Of a stretch of DNA of 64,000 bases, positions 9,721 through 20,521 are shown piece after piece (position 1 is the first letter of the stretch; each line of letters opens with the position of its first letter). The DNA is from Gloeobacterales cyanobacterium (lineage in GTDB: Bacteria; Cyanobacteriota; Cyanobacteriia; Gloeobacterales; PMM-0068). The notes beneath the pieces are model-generated. The model saw only the letters and a program-made list of their open reading frames with translations. It was not told where the DNA came from and made no database searches. A program made the position numbers and the translations under genes. Location of the stretch: assembly GCA_038245785.1 (NCBI GenBank), contig JBBRSB010000003.1:166336-230335 (forward strand). The letters are read 5' to 3'.

Positions 9721-10236
9721 ATGACTGAAGAACTTACCCAAATTCTGACCCTGTCTTGTTCTGTTCAAACAGTGTTAGGCTCAGACCTTCCTATCTCCGA
9801 GCAAGACCGGCAGAGCTTAGACCAGCTCTTGGCGATGACAGAAGAACAACTGGGCCAGATGCCCAAAGACCTGATAGACCAAACTCGTCCCACCGTGGAA
9901 GATAGAGTCCGGGCCCGCGATCCTCAGGATTTATTTGCTTCCATCGTTCAGTTTGTACAGACCTTGAATAATGAACAGGTTGAAACGTTAGAAATCCCAG
10001 CCGCACTCGTCTTCGATGTTTTAGCCCACAAATTGCTGGCCATTCCAGACTTACCGGAGGATGTCACCACGCAACTGCACCAGGGTCTTCAAAGCATTAG
10101 CCCAGAAGTCGCCACCATTCCTCCAGAACTGCAAGCTCAGATGAGAGACGTACTGGAGCAAGAATTCGGTCAGCGCTCTCCTCAAGACCTGTTTGATCTC
10201 ATGGTCCAGATGTTTGGGCAACAGCAGCAGCAGTAA
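9721..10236 (+). CDS. Hypothetical acidic helical protein with an internal two-fold repeat
   Basis: Clean ORF; RDPQDLF and RSPQDLF repeated; ends in QQQQQ. Confidence 0.6.
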   Translation: MTEELTQILTLSCSVQTVLGSDLPISEQDRQSLDQLLAMTEEQLGQMPKDLIDQTRPTVEDRVRARDPQDLFASIVQFVQTLNNEQVETLEIPAALVFDVLAHKLLAIPDLPEDVTTQLHQGLQSISPEVATIPPELQAQMRDVLEQEFGQRSPQDLFDLMVQMFGQQQQQ

Positions 10237-10280
10237 CCTCACCCCGCCCTACGGGCACCCCTCTCCTATAGGAGAGGGGG
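10237..10280. repeat. REP-like double hairpin between convergent genes; possible bidirectional terminator
   Basis: gccc-tac-gggc followed by cccctctcc-tata-ggagagggg. Confidence 0.65.
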
Positions 10281-10287
10281 AACGATC

Positions 10288-12735
10288 TTAACTCCGTAGC
10301 TCCACTCGATAGCGTTCTGTCAACGTCTCTCGAATATTTTGCTGCACAGGTTCTACGTCCTGGTCTGTGAGGGTGCGGTCCGTGGCGCGGTAGACCAGGC
10401 GGAAAGCAAGGGAGCGTTGGCCTTCCGGAACGTTTTTTCCTCGGTATTCATCAAAGAGTTCCACTGACTCTAGTAAGGGCCCGCCCGTGTGTTGAATGGT
10501 CTGCGCAAGCTGACTAGCGGGAACCTCAATGCTACAGAAAAAAGCTAGGTCCCGGTCTACGGCAGGATAGCTAGAAAAAGGCTCGTAGCGGATTTCCTGG
10601 TCTAAGATCTGGCCAAGCACTTCATCTAGATCTAGCTCAAAACCAAAGCTTTGGGGAGGAAGGTCTTCTTTCGACGCTAAACGCGGATGAATTTGACCAA
10701 ATATTCCCAAACGCCTTCCAGAAAGCCAAAGAGAGGCTGTTCGTCCAGGATGGAAGCGTTCATCCCTCTGGTCGGGTTGGTATTCTGCGTGGACTCCTAA
10801 ACCTGTAAGCACCTGCTCTAGAAGTCCTTTCGCTCCAAAGAAATCCCAGGGTTGGCTCGTTTTTTGCCAGGTTCCTACTGTAGGAGCACCGCAGAGAATC
10901 CCTGCCAGATGGTCTATTTCCTCAATGCCATCTTCTGTACGGGTAAAGACCCGTCCGATTTCAAAAGCCTGGAGCGGTGGATTGCCTTGCTCTAGGTTGT
11001 ATTTCAAAGAAGCGAGCAGTCCTGGCAAGAGCTCTGTTCGTAGCGCGGCATAGTCTGCTGTTAGAGGATTGGTAATCGTCACAGCATCGCGGTCAGAAGC
11101 AATGAAGCGGGACAAGGTTTGGGCCTGTTTTGTGGAAAGTTCTCCTGTGGCCTGACTAGAAGGCACGAAGCTATTGTGCAGCACTTCTGTGAGCCCTGCC
11201 CCTCGAAAACCAGCACGCAGTTTCCGCAGGGCGGTTTCATCTAACGTAAGAGCGCCTCCGAGATCGGCCAGGCTCGGCAGCGTCAGAGAGAAGTAGTCAT
11301 AGCCCACGGTCCGGGCAATTTCTTCAATCAGGTCAATTTCCCTTTCCACATCCCGCTGACGGAACCCTGGGACCCCGACCAAATAGGCTGGTTGTTCATC
11401 GGGACTGGGCGCAGATTGAACATCGAAGCCGAGGTTCTTCAGCTGTTGCTCCATCCGTTCCAGCGGCAGGGCATCCCCCATCACCTGAGCAAAGCGGCTA
11501 GAGCGGAAAAGAATGGTTTTTACGTCGTTAGACCGATGGTCCAAGCGCGTTTGAGAGACCACGGTTCCTCCTGCCAAGTCTACAATCAAGGCCAACGCTC
11601 GGTTCAGGGCATAGTCCAGAGCTGAGGCATCCACGCCCCGTTCATAGCGGGCAGAAGCTTCCGAACGCAGGCCATGAGCACGGGCAGACCTACGGGTTGT
11701 CGCGGGATCGAAGAGGGCTGCTTCCAGAAGGATATGCCGACTGCTAGTCCGCACTTCCGTTGCTTCTCCGCCCATGACTCCGGCTAAAGCCACCGGTTGG
11801 TCATCACTGGTAATTACATGGCTTTGCGTCACGAGCCTGCGTTCATTGCCATCTAAGGTTTTCAGTACTTCCCCGGCATGGGCAAAACGTACCCCGAGAG
11901 CCAGGCTGTGAATATCCGAGCCTAAAGTTTCTGCATCGAAGGCATGCAGAGGTTGGCCCCATTCCAGAAGAATATAGTTGGTAATATCTACTAGATTATT
12001 GATCGATCGCTGTCCAGCACTTTCGAGTCTGCGCTGTAGCCACTGAGGGGAAGGTTGGATATTCACCCCTTCAATTAAGGTGGCAAAGTAGGCTGGACAG
12101 GCATGGTTATCTTCTACGCGGACGGTAAGCGCGCCCTCTGGCACTAAGGGGACCTGTGTAACAGGCAATTTTAGAGGGGCTCCGGTGAGGGCCGCCACTT
12201 CTCGCGCAATACCGACCATCGAAAGGGCATCCGCCCGGTTAGCCGTAGAGGTCACATCGAGAATGGTGTCATCCAAACCCAGGATCGGGCGCACGTCCTG
12301 ACCAAGGGCGTATTCCTGGTCAAAAATGTGAATGCCAGAAGATTCTTTCTCCAGACCCAATTCATACAAAGAACAAATCATGCCATGGGAATAAACACCC
12401 CGCAGTTTTGCCCTCCGTAGCTTCAGGTCAATGGTTGGCAAATAAACGCCCACAGGAGCGACAGCCACATAAATATCAGCCTTGGCGTTAGAAGCACCAC
12501 ACACAATAGTCAATGGCTCTCCTGCGCCAATATCTACCGTGCAGACCCCCAGTTTTTCTGCATCAGGATGACGCTGGTAGTCCAAAATTTTGCCAACGAC
12601 TACACCATCTGCCCAACTCCTGCGGTCAATAATCTCTTCCACTTCAAAACCAGCCATCGTCAGGCGGTCCGCCAATGCTTGAGGGGCTAGATCATGGGCA
12701 ACTAATTCTTTAAGCCAGTTGTAGGAAACGTACAT
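10288..12735 (-). CDS. pheT: Phenylalanine-tRNA ligase beta subunit
   Basis: Motifs IVCGASN, TANRAD, GQPLHAFD, REIDLIEEIAR, C-terminal FDX-ACB domain (RDLAF, SLAFRL). Confidence 0.97.
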   Translation of the reverse strand: MYVSYNWLKELVAHDLAPQALADRLTMAGFEVEEIIDRRSWADGVVVGKILDYQRHPDAEKLGVCTVDIGAGEPLTIVCGASNAKADIYVAVAPVGVYLPTIDLKLRRAKLRGVYSHGMICSLYELGLEKESSGIHIFDQEYALGQDVRPILGLDDTILDVTSTANRADALSMVGIAREVAALTGAPLKLPVTQVPLVPEGALTVRVEDNHACPAYFATLIEGVNIQPSPQWLQRRLESAGQRSINNLVDITNYILLEWGQPLHAFDAETLGSDIHSLALGVRFAHAGEVLKTLDGNERRLVTQSHVITSDDQPVALAGVMGGEATEVRTSSRHILLEAALFDPATTRRSARAHGLRSEASARYERGVDASALDYALNRALALIVDLAGGTVVSQTRLDHRSNDVKTILFRSSRFAQVMGDALPLERMEQQLKNLGFDVQSAPSPDEQPAYLVGVPGFRQRDVEREIDLIEEIARTVGYDYFSLTLPSLADLGGALTLDETALRKLRAGFRGAGLTEVLHNSFVPSSQATGELSTKQAQTLSRFIASDRDAVTITNPLTADYAALRTELLPGLLASLKYNLEQGNPPLQAFEIGRVFTRTEDGIEEIDHLAGILCGAPTVGTWQKTSQPWDFFGAKGLLEQVLTGLGVHAEYQPDQRDERFHPGRTASLWLSGRRLGIFGQIHPRLASKEDLPPQSFGFELDLDEVLGQILDQEIRYEPFSSYPAVDRDLAFFCSIEVPASQLAQTIQHTGGPLLESVELFDEYRGKNVPEGQRSLAFRLVYRATDRTLTDQDVEPVQQNIRETLTERYRVELRS

Positions 12736-12813
12736 GGAGCAAGGCCGATGAAGACGATTAAGTCCATCCTACGATGCAAGGTGCTTCGAGAAGCTATAGT
12801 CTCGATTCCTCCC

Positions 12814-13079
12814 ACCCCTCAGTCCCTCCGGGACAGCTCCCCACCCTTCGGGAAGGCTTCGCCTAGGGAGGGGAGCCTATTTTGGGAGCAGAAGGATGGA
12901 TTGGATTTGGCTACAGGCATTGCTAAAGCTATGGCTCAATTCCTCATGTGTGGGATGGACTCGGGCCTCTTCTGTCAAGGTGTTCTCGCATCCTATCAGT
13001 TCCTAACTCTGTACCCTCAGCTTTGTCTTCCAGAAAGGGCTCCCCTCTAAGGGGAGCTGTCCCGGAGGGACTGAGGGGT
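12814..13079. mobile_element. 266-bp MITE/REPIN-like element with perfect 29-bp terminal inverted repeats
   Basis: acccctcagtccctccgggacagctcccc (12814-12842) is the exact reverse complement of 13051-13079; imperfect pairing continues inward. Confidence 0.8.
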
Positions 13080-13330
13080 TAGAGACTGTCTTCTGGCTTA
13101 GTCGGGGCAAACATACTCTGCTTAGAAGCCTTGAGCTGTTTCCAAAGTGCTTTGATCTCTTTGTAGGCTTGTGTAGGAGGAAGCTTTCCACCATTCTCCA
13201 AGGCACAGATAATGGCCACCCGCTGAGAAAACTCTTGAAGGTTGGCATCAAAAACCATATTGGGTAAGGTTTCTTTGCCGTGATAGGTACGGTAGGGATA
13301 GACGAATTGTTTTTTTTCAACCTCGGACAT
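13079..13330 (-). CDS. Conserved small cyanobacterial protein of unknown function
   Basis: Pattern FDANLQEFSQRV..ICALENGGK...AYKEIK.LWKQLK. Confidence 0.8.
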   Translation of the reverse strand: MSEVEKKQFVYPYRTYHGKETLPNMVFDANLQEFSQRVAIICALENGGKLPPTQAYKEIKALWKQLKASKQSMFAPTKPEDSL

Positions 13331-13473
13331 GAGCTTTACCACCCCTCCCCAAGAATATCAATCGGTACTTTATATCTGCTAAGTTTCCCAACTCTTCAGA
13401 AGATCTCACTACCTCCAATGTAGCGAATTCCCCCTCTAAATATACGGGCTTAGAAAGAGGGGAACCCACTCAG

Positions 13474-16020
13474 CTATTCCGAGGCGGCTTCCTCTTCGAG
13501 AAGGCCCGTCTCATCGGTTTCAGGAACGACCGTGATCGCTTTGATGAAATCATCTTCGTCCAGCCGCTGAACCCTTACTCCGGTAGCAGCACGAGATTGA
13601 ACAGAGATTTCATCGGCACTCTGACGAATGACAACACCGCGAGCGGTGACAATCATCAACTCATCCCCAGGCTGTACCACTCTGAGCGCAGCTAATCTAT
13701 CTTCTTTGTTGCGGAAGTTGATTGCTTTGACGCCCATACCGCCTCGGTTTTGAGCCCGGAAGGCTGTGGCCGGAATTCTCTTGCCTAGGCCCTTAGAAGT
13801 AACCGCCAAGACCCACGGTCCAGGTGCTGTCGTTAGCTCTTCTTCTGAGACATCCGCTTCTACATCCTCTGGAGCTTCTTCCCCGTGAGGAAGCATATCC
13901 ATCGCAATCAGCTGGTCTCCGCTCTTTAAGGTCATGGAGCGGACTCCACGGGCCGTACGCCCTGTCGCTCTCAGCTGTTGCTCATCACAATGGAAGCGAA
14001 CGGCCCGGCCTAAAGAACTGCCGACAATCAGATCATCTTGAGCAGAGACTTTACGTACCCAGCGCAGTTCATCGCCTTCTTCTAGAGAAATCGCAATCAA
14101 GCCATTCGCTCGAATGTGAGAAAAAGCATTGAGGGTCGTCTTTTTAATGAAGCCGCCTTGGGTGAGCATCACTAGGTATTCATCTTCAGAAAACTCAGAA
14201 ACTGGGACTAGAGAGGTAATTTTCTCTTCAATCGGAATCGGCAGTAGTTGCACAATCGCAGCCCCTTTAGCGGCACGAGAGCCTTCCGGGATCTGATAGC
14301 CTTTCAGGGCATAGACCGTTCCCTTATTTGTAAAGAAGAGAATAGTGTCGTGGTTGCAACAGGCAAAGAAGTGCTCGATGCCATCATCTTCTTTCATGCG
14401 GGTCCCGGCTTTCCCTCTCGTGGCCCGACGCTGAACGCCAAAGGTATCGATGGACACCCGTTTTACATAGCCTTGCTCAGTGACAAAAACCACCATCTCT
14501 TTGTTGGCAATTAGGTCTTGGTCTTCAAGATCTCCCTCACCCTGCATCAGTTGGGTGCGACGGGGTTGAGCAAACTTGACTTTCAGAGCCAATAGATTGG
14601 TGCGAATCAGGTCCAGAATCAGTTCACGGCTAGCCAGTAAGCGATTCAGTTCTTCAATGCGGCGGGTGAGCTCATCGTGTTCTGCTTCAATTTTTCCCGA
14701 CTCCAAAGAAGTAAGACGACGCAGCTGCATGCTCAAGATTTCATTGGCTTGGATCTCGGAGAATTGGAACTGCTCGACCAACTGGGCACGAGCCGCTGCC
14801 GTATCTTCCGCTCCCCGAATCAAAGCAATCACTCGGTCAATGCGGCTAAGGGCGATCAGATAGCCCTGGAGAATATGGTCTCGTTCCTGGCACTTGCGCA
14901 GTTCATAGCGAGAACGACGGGTAATCACTTCTACCCGGAATTCCAGGAAGGTGGTCAGGGCATCACGGAGTGTCAACAGCTTCGGTTCACCATTCACCAG
15001 CGCCAACAAATTCACGCCAAAATTGCTCTGGAGCTGAGTCTGCTTATAGAGATTATTTAGGACTACTCTTGGGTAGGCATCGCGCTTTAGTTCAATGACA
15101 ATCCGCATCCCATCTCGGTCTGATTCATCACGGATGTCAGAAATACCATCAATTTTTTCGTCATTGACCAGCTCGGCAATTTTTTCAATCATGCCCGCCT
15201 TATTTACCTGATAAGGCAACTCAGTGACAATGATCGCGTTCTTGTCCTGACGGCCCCGCTGCTCAATCACTTCGATTTCACAAATGCCTCTTAGGGGAAT
15301 TGAACCACGGCCCGTCAGATAAGCTTCTCGGATGCCTGAACGTCCTAAGACAATCCCCCCTGTCGGGAAATCGGGACCAGGAATATACTGCATCAACTCA
15401 GTGCTGGTCAGCTCTGGGTTGGCAATCAGGGCAACCAAGCCATCAATCAGTTCCCCTGGATTGTGAGAAGGAATATTGGTCGCCATACCCACAGCGATCC
15501 CTGTAGAACCATTCAGGAGCAGCTGCGGGAGTTGGGCAGGCAAAACGGACGGTTCTTGCTGTGAACCATCAAAAGTGTCTGTAAAGTCTACGGTTTCTGC
15601 TTCAATATCGGCGAGTAACGTGTCTCTGGATAGGGGAGTCAGACGAGACTCGGTATAACGCATAGCCGCTGGCGGATCGTTGTCGACCGACCCGAAGTTG
15701 CCGTGTCCATCGATCAGGGGCACACGCATCGAAAAATCTTGCGCCATCCGCACCAAGGCGTCATAGACGGCGGAGTCACCGTGGGGGTGGTATTTACCCA
15801 GCACTTCCCCAACGACCCTAGCGCACTTACGGAAGGGACGGTCAGGAGACAAACCGAGTTCGTGCATGGCATAGAGCACGCGGCGATGCACAGGCTTGAG
15901 GCCGTCACGGGCATCAGGGAGCGCTCGACCAACAATGACACTCATGGCGTATTCGAGATACGAACGCTGCATCTCATTACGCAAATTGGTCGATACGACG
16001 CGGCTATCTTCGATCGTCAT
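13474..16020 (-). CDS. gyrA: DNA gyrase subunit A
   Basis: Motifs [29 protein letters not shown]; cyanobacterial GyrA-box QRRATRGK. Confidence 0.97.
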   Translation of the reverse strand: MTIEDSRVVSTNLRNEMQRSYLEYAMSVIVGRALPDARDGLKPVHRRVLYAMHELGLSPDRPFRKCARVVGEVLGKYHPHGDSAVYDALVRMAQDFSMRVPLIDGHGNFGSVDNDPPAAMRYTESRLTPLSRDTLLADIEAETVDFTDTFDGSQQEPSVLPAQLPQLLLNGSTGIAVGMATNIPSHNPGELIDGLVALIANPELTSTELMQYIPGPDFPTGGIVLGRSGIREAYLTGRGSIPLRGICEIEVIEQRGRQDKNAIIVTELPYQVNKAGMIEKIAELVNDEKIDGISDIRDESDRDGMRIVIELKRDAYPRVVLNNLYKQTQLQSNFGVNLLALVNGEPKLLTLRDALTTFLEFRVEVITRRSRYELRKCQERDHILQGYLIALSRIDRVIALIRGAEDTAAARAQLVEQFQFSEIQANEILSMQLRRLTSLESGKIEAEHDELTRRIEELNRLLASRELILDLIRTNLLALKVKFAQPRRTQLMQGEGDLEDQDLIANKEMVVFVTEQGYVKRVSIDTFGVQRRATRGKAGTRMKEDDGIEHFFACCNHDTILFFTNKGTVYALKGYQIPEGSRAAKGAAIVQLLPIPIEEKITSLVPVSEFSEDEYLVMLTQGGFIKKTTLNAFSHIRANGLIAISLEEGDELRWVRKVSAQDDLIVGSSLGRAVRFHCDEQQLRATGRTARGVRSMTLKSGDQLIAMDMLPHGEEAPEDVEADVSEEELTTAPGPWVLAVTSKGLGKRIPATAFRAQNRGGMGVKAINFRNKEDRLAALRVVQPGDELMIVTARGVVIRQSADEISVQSRAATGVRVQRLDEDDFIKAITVVPETDETGLLEEEAASE

Positions 16021-16401
16021 AAGGTCGCTCCCTTAAAGTTTGGTCTTGTCAGGCTGCTAACGCCTAACATGCAAAAACCCCGGCCTTGGACAGAAATCCT
16101 GTGGCACGAGCCGGAGTTTGGATGAATGGTAATGGTACTCATTGCTACCTCTTATTCTAGCACGCCAGAGGTCTAGGCACTGCTTTGCTGGGGCGTGATT
16201 GAGGGCTCTACACCCCCTCGCCATATCTCTGTCCAAAGAAGTACGTACACGAATGAATTCTTTTTGTTAGGATGCTATCTGCTAAGGTTTTTTTGGGACG
16301 AATAGCACACAAGAACGCAGTTGGTACCTTAAGAGAGGGAGAATAAGCATTCTGGTTCTATTTTTCTATCACCTACTCCCCTACAAGGACAGGAGTCTAA
16401 C

Positions 16402-16854
16402 GTGAATATCCAGTTGAGCACAGACAAGTTCGCCATTCCTCTTGAGGACCTGCGTGACCTGTTTGACCGAGCCACGTTTTGGGCTCGCGGCCGACAATTG
16501 GATGACCTTCAGAACATGATTTTGTTTAGTGACCCTGTGGTTTCTGCCTGGGACGGAGACAAGCTGGTTGGCGTTGCGCGCGCGACGACCGATGGCGTCT
16601 ATCGAGCCATGCTTTGGGATGTAGTCGTAGACCCACACTATCAGGGCAATGGAGTTGGTCGAGATCTAGTAGAAGGCGTTCTTGCCCATCCCTTAGTCGC
16701 CAAGGTGGAACGAATATTCCTAAGCACCACCTATCAGCAAGGTTTCTACGAGAAGCTGGGCTTTGTAGAGAATGCTGCGACCTGTATGGTCTTGGACCGA
16801 TCCAAAACAGTCTCAGAGACTGTGGTTGAAATAGTCTCTGAGGCTGTCGTTTAG
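16402..16854 (+). CDS. GNAT family N-acetyltransferase
   Basis: Motifs WDVVVDPHYQGNGVG and FYEKLGF. Confidence 0.9.
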   Translation: MNIQLSTDKFAIPLEDLRDLFDRATFWARGRQLDDLQNMILFSDPVVSAWDGDKLVGVARATTDGVYRAMLWDVVVDPHYQGNGVGRDLVEGVLAHPLVAKVERIFLSTTYQQGFYEKLGFVENAATCMVLDRSKTVSETVVEIVSEAVV

Positions 16855-16899
16855 CTGTTCAATCAATACGAACTCTACTAGATGAAAATCCACTCTCTA

Positions 16900-17376
16900 T
16901 CAGAAGGGAAGTTCATCATCTGCTAGAGAGGGCAGATTCGCTGGCGGTTTGGCCGGAGCGGTACGACGTTCTGCAGCAGGCTTAGCAGCAGCTTTAGGGG
17001 ACGGTGAGGCAGGTTCAGGCATCGAGAATCCTGTATCTAGACCAGCTCCAGCACTGACAGAGACTACTTTACGGGCTTGAACTTCTGCCCGCTTCTCTTT
17101 GTAACCATCGCGCTCAATCGTATTCATGCGCAATTGCCCTTCCACGACGACCGTATCGCCTTGATGGAACTGCTGGGCAACTTCTTGGGCCAGGTTGCGA
17201 CCACTTTCTCCAGGACGAGCCACCCGACCGAAGACAACCACACTCACTTGATAAGGGGCTTCTTCAGGACGGGCAGCAGCAAAACGGAGGGGAAACTTGG
17301 CTATGGCCAATCCATCGGGAGTTTCTCGCAATTCTGGATCACCAACGACCTCTCCTAGGATGGCAATAGCATTCAT
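16900..17376 (-). CDS. ssb: Single-stranded DNA-binding protein
   Basis: OB-fold motifs (DPELRET, VVVEGQL) and acidic tail DDELPF. Confidence 0.9.
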   Translation of the reverse strand: MNAIAILGEVVGDPELRETPDGLAIAKFPLRFAAARPEEAPYQVSVVVFGRVARPGESGRNLAQEVAQQFHQGDTVVVEGQLRMNTIERDGYKEKRAEVQARKVVSVSAGAGLDTGFSMPEPASPSPKAAAKPAAERRTAPAKPPANLPSLADDELPF

Positions 17377-17708
17377 GCTTCCACAGGCTCCGTGACTACA
17401 GGGACAAACTCATTTTCGTCCAGCACTGTCAGGAACCGGAGAACTTTTTCGTCTAGTTTAAGAGTCCGCTCTAACTCCGCCTTGATTGCAGTCTCAGCAT
17501 TGTAGTTGAGCTGTACATAAACGCCTTCTTTCAGGTTGTTGAGTTCGTAGGCTAAGCGGCGCTTGCCCCGAATATTGGTTACAACATCCGTAGCACCTTT
17601 CTCCGTTAAGAGATCGGTATAGGCAGCAACAGCGGTGGTAAGCGCTTCTTCTACGAGTTCTGAATTCAGAATGAATAGGGTTTCGTAGCGACGGGCAACA
17701 ATGGGCAT
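17373..17708 (-). CDS. rpsF: 30S ribosomal protein S6
   Basis: Motifs RRYETLFIL, GKRRLAYE, VLRFL. Confidence 0.95.
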   Translation of the reverse strand: MPIVARRYETLFILNSELVEEALTTAVAAYTDLLTEKGATDVVTNIRGKRRLAYELNNLKEGVYVQLNYNAETAIKAELERTLKLDEKVLRFLTVLDENEFVPVVTEPVEA

Positions 17709-17752
17709 AGAGACTCCTTATGGTCTGCGGCCCTCCGTAGAGAGCAAGGATA
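17709..17752 (-). promoter_or_regulatory. S6:S18-type ribosomal protein leader RNA
   Basis: RNA uccuugcucuc-uacg-gagggccgcagaccauaagga: an outer stem sequesters the SD, with an inner hairpin and a CCG motif. Confidence 0.7.
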
Positions 17753-17786
17753 AGTTTGTGATAAGCGACTTCCTATCTTAACAGAG

Positions 17787-18617
17787 CTAGACCTCTAGCT
17801 GACCAACAAAAACACGTTGGGCCGGACCGGTCATGAAAACATGATTATTGTCGTGCCACTGGATCTCCAACGGGCCTCCCGGAAGCTCTACCGTTGCTCG
17901 TTTCTCCGCTTTCTGATTTAGCACGGCTGCTACCAGAATTGCACAGGCTCCTGTACCACAGGCTAAGGTTGTCCCTGCTCCCCGTTCCCAGACTTTTACT
18001 TTTAGATGGGTGGGGTTGAGTACCTGGACGAAATGGACATTGATTCGCTCTGGGAAAGCCGGATGAGATTCAATGGCGGGCCCCCACTGAGCTAGCTCTA
18101 CTGTGTTCAGGTCGTCCACAAAAATGACGGCATGAGGATTGCCCATACTTACCGTGGTTACTTTAAAACGGCTCCAGGGATCTGGCAGAGGGAGATTCAG
18201 AACTTTCTCCCCTTTGGGTACGAGGGTCGTCGGAATTTCTTCAGCACTGAGGCGAGGGCACCCCATATCCACTGTTACTTGCTCACCCTCAAATCGAGGG
18301 ACAATCAATCCCGCTTTCGTTTCGATAACGTAGCCACCCTCTTCGGTCGGGATGTCTAGCTCCCGCATGAACTTAGCGAGACAGCGGATACCATTGCCGC
18401 ACATCTGAGCTTCGGAACCATCGTTATTAAATATCCGCATGGCATGAGGCTGGCTAGTGGAAGGCAAGAGGAAAATAACCCCATCCCCGCCTACCCCAAA
18501 GTTTCGGTCACAGACCTGACGGGCTTGCTCCGGGCTGAGCATCGGTTCGCTCTGGGCACGGTTATCAATGAGAACAAAATCGTTGCCGAGGCCCTGATAT
18601 TTGGTGAAGGGAATCAC
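17787..18617 (-). CDS. dapF: Diaminopimelate epimerase
   Basis: Motifs KYQGLGNDF, MCGNGIRC, MGNPHAV, ERGAGTTLACGTGA. Confidence 0.97.
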   Translation of the reverse strand: MIPFTKYQGLGNDFVLIDNRAQSEPMLSPEQARQVCDRNFGVGGDGVIFLLPSTSQPHAMRIFNNDGSEAQMCGNGIRCLAKFMRELDIPTEEGGYVIETKAGLIVPRFEGEQVTVDMGCPRLSAEEIPTTLVPKGEKVLNLPLPDPWSRFKVTTVSMGNPHAVIFVDDLNTVELAQWGPAIESHPAFPERINVHFVQVLNPTHLKVKVWERGAGTTLACGTGACAILVAAVLNQKAEKRATVELPGGPLEIQWHDNNHVFMTGPAQRVFVGQLEV

Positions 18618-18762
18618 AAGAAAACCTATGAAATTGATGTACTTTGGGACGTCATAGAGATCTTACTAAATCCTGTGGGGCTATGACGCTTCGTTTATAA
18701 GAAAGCCCTCGATTGGATAACGCCCTGGAAAGAGCAGTTCTATGAAACCATTGCGGCAGAAT

Positions 18763-19557
18763 CTACAGAAAGATCTTTTTGCGAATGGCGGACCAACCCC
18801 AGTAGGCGGCCATAAGCACCATACAGATCAGCCAGAGCAATTGCCACGGCCAATATTCCGGTAGTCCCAGAGGCCAGCGCAGAAAATCTACAATCGGAGA
18901 CAGCGGTAGCGCTTCAGCTAGCCAACGGCTCGCACCGGGCAGATTGCCCCGAGGAAAGTAGGTACCGCTAAGGGTGAACATTGGCAGAATAAAGAGGAAA
19001 GTCGGCAGGTTCACCTGGTCAAGGGTTTTGACCAATCCGGCAGAGACCAACCCACAAGCGCCAAAGAGCAGAGAGCCGAGGATCAAGATTGGAATCGAAA
19101 GCAGTAGGGCATACCAGGGATAAAGACCGAGTAGGACCACCACGAGTCCGGTAATGAATCCGCCTAGCGTTCCTTTCGTAGCAGCCCATAGCCAATCTCC
19201 CAAGAAGACCTCGGTATAGCTCAGAGGAGTAGTCAGCAAGGCATGCCATGTTTTTTGAAAGGTAAGCCGGATATAGCTGCTGTAGGCTCCTTCAAAGAAA
19301 GACTGGAAGAGAATGGCCACCGCCATCATGCCGGGACCAAGATATTGGGGATAGCTCACCGTCTGCCCCAGATAGTCAAAATTTTGGATCATCGGTCCTA
19401 AGCCTGCACCAAAGGCGAACAGATACAGCACAGGCTCCGACATCGGTGGCAACAAATTAGAGAGCCAGGTCACCCGATAGACATCCACATGTCTGCGCCA
19501 AACAGAGTAAACGCCCCAGAGAGAGACGGATTCGGTAAATGATTTCGTAAGGTTCAT
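18763..19557 (-). CDS. ABC-2 type transporter permease (NodJ-like)
   Basis: Six hydrophobic segments; motifs EPVLYL and LSGTYFP; overlaps the ATPase gene. Confidence 0.85.
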   Translation of the reverse strand: MNLTKSFTESVSLWGVYSVWRRHVDVYRVTWLSNLLPPMSEPVLYLFAFGAGLGPMIQNFDYLGQTVSYPQYLGPGMMAVAILFQSFFEGAYSSYIRLTFQKTWHALLTTPLSYTEVFLGDWLWAATKGTLGGFITGLVVVLLGLYPWYALLLSIPILILGSLLFGACGLVSAGLVKTLDQVNLPTFLFILPMFTLSGTYFPRGNLPGASRWLAEALPLSPIVDFLRWPLGLPEYWPWQLLWLICMVLMAAYWGWSAIRKKIFL

Positions 19558-20456
19558 AGACCAACTCCCGTGAGCCGTAAGAAAACATCTTCCAAATTGG
19601 CCCGCCGACGCGTTAACCGTGATGGATGCAGCTCAACCAAGGCTTGCCAAAGCGGTTCTGCTTGAGCGGGCAAGACCACGAGCGTACTATTGCCGAAGGG
19701 ATAGCTCCAGGTTCCTGCTTTAGCTGCTAAATCCTCTAGCATTCCCACTGCAACTCCTTCCACTTCTGCCACTTCTTGCCCAACTTCCTGCGCAATCACC
19801 TCTTGCGGTTTTCCACCGCCGACAATCATTCCATCCTTGAACAAGAGAATCCGGTCTGAAAGGCGTTCGGCTTCATCCATATAGTGAGTTGTTAGCAAAA
19901 CCCCTCGGCCTTCCTCTTTGAGGCTACTGACAAAACGCCAAAATCCTTGACGGGCATCAGGGTCTAAGCCCGTCGTCGGTTCATCCAGAAAAACTAGCTT
20001 TGGATTGTTAATCAAGGCGCGGGCCAGGACCAAACGCCTCTTCATCCCCCCTGAAAGGTCTTCAGGAGAATCTTTAGCTCGGTCTTGGAGGTCCACTTGC
20101 TTCAGAAGCAGTTCGGCTCGTGCGCGGGCTTCGGCCACAGGCACTCGATAATAACGGGCAAAGGTCAGCAGATTATCAAGGACATTAAAGTCCGGGTCTA
20201 TGTTGTTCTCTTGGGAAACTACCCCTATGTACTGACGAGCTTGCCGTCCCTGACGATGAACATCCCAGGTTCCCAAAGTAACTTGCCCCTTGGTTGGATT
20301 GACCAAGCCATAGAGCATGCCCACGGTCGTAGTTTTTCCGGCTCCATTCGGCCCCAATAAACCCAAGACTTCGCCGGGGAATAGTTCAAAACTAATCCCT
20401 CGGACTACTTCCCGGTCCCCATAGGTCTTGTAGAGATTTTGAGCGCTCAGATACAC
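19554..20456 (-). CDS. ABC transporter ATP-binding protein (NodI-like)
   Basis: Motifs GPNGAGKTT, LSGGMKRR, LDEPTTGLD, TTHYMDEAE. Confidence 0.9.
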   Translation of the reverse strand: MYLSAQNLYKTYGDREVVRGISFELFPGEVLGLLGPNGAGKTTTVGMLYGLVNPTKGQVTLGTWDVHRQGRQARQYIGVVSQENNIDPDFNVLDNLLTFARYYRVPVAEARARAELLLKQVDLQDRAKDSPEDLSGGMKRRLVLARALINNPKLVFLDEPTTGLDPDARQGFWRFVSSLKEEGRGVLLTTHYMDEAERLSDRILLFKDGMIVGGGKPQEVIAQEVGQEVAEVEGVAVGMLEDLAAKAGTWSYPFGNSTLVVLPAQAEPLWQALVELHPSRLTRRRANLEDVFLRLTGVGL

Positions 20457-20521
20457 AAGTTAGACACAACCCAGCTTTCCCACGCTAACACTCAAAAATT
20501 AACCCATCCATGCCCCCAGCC

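Noticed and set aside
12748..13050. 100-aa ORF across the palindromic element
   Set aside because: It is a translation of repeat arms with no protein-like motif.
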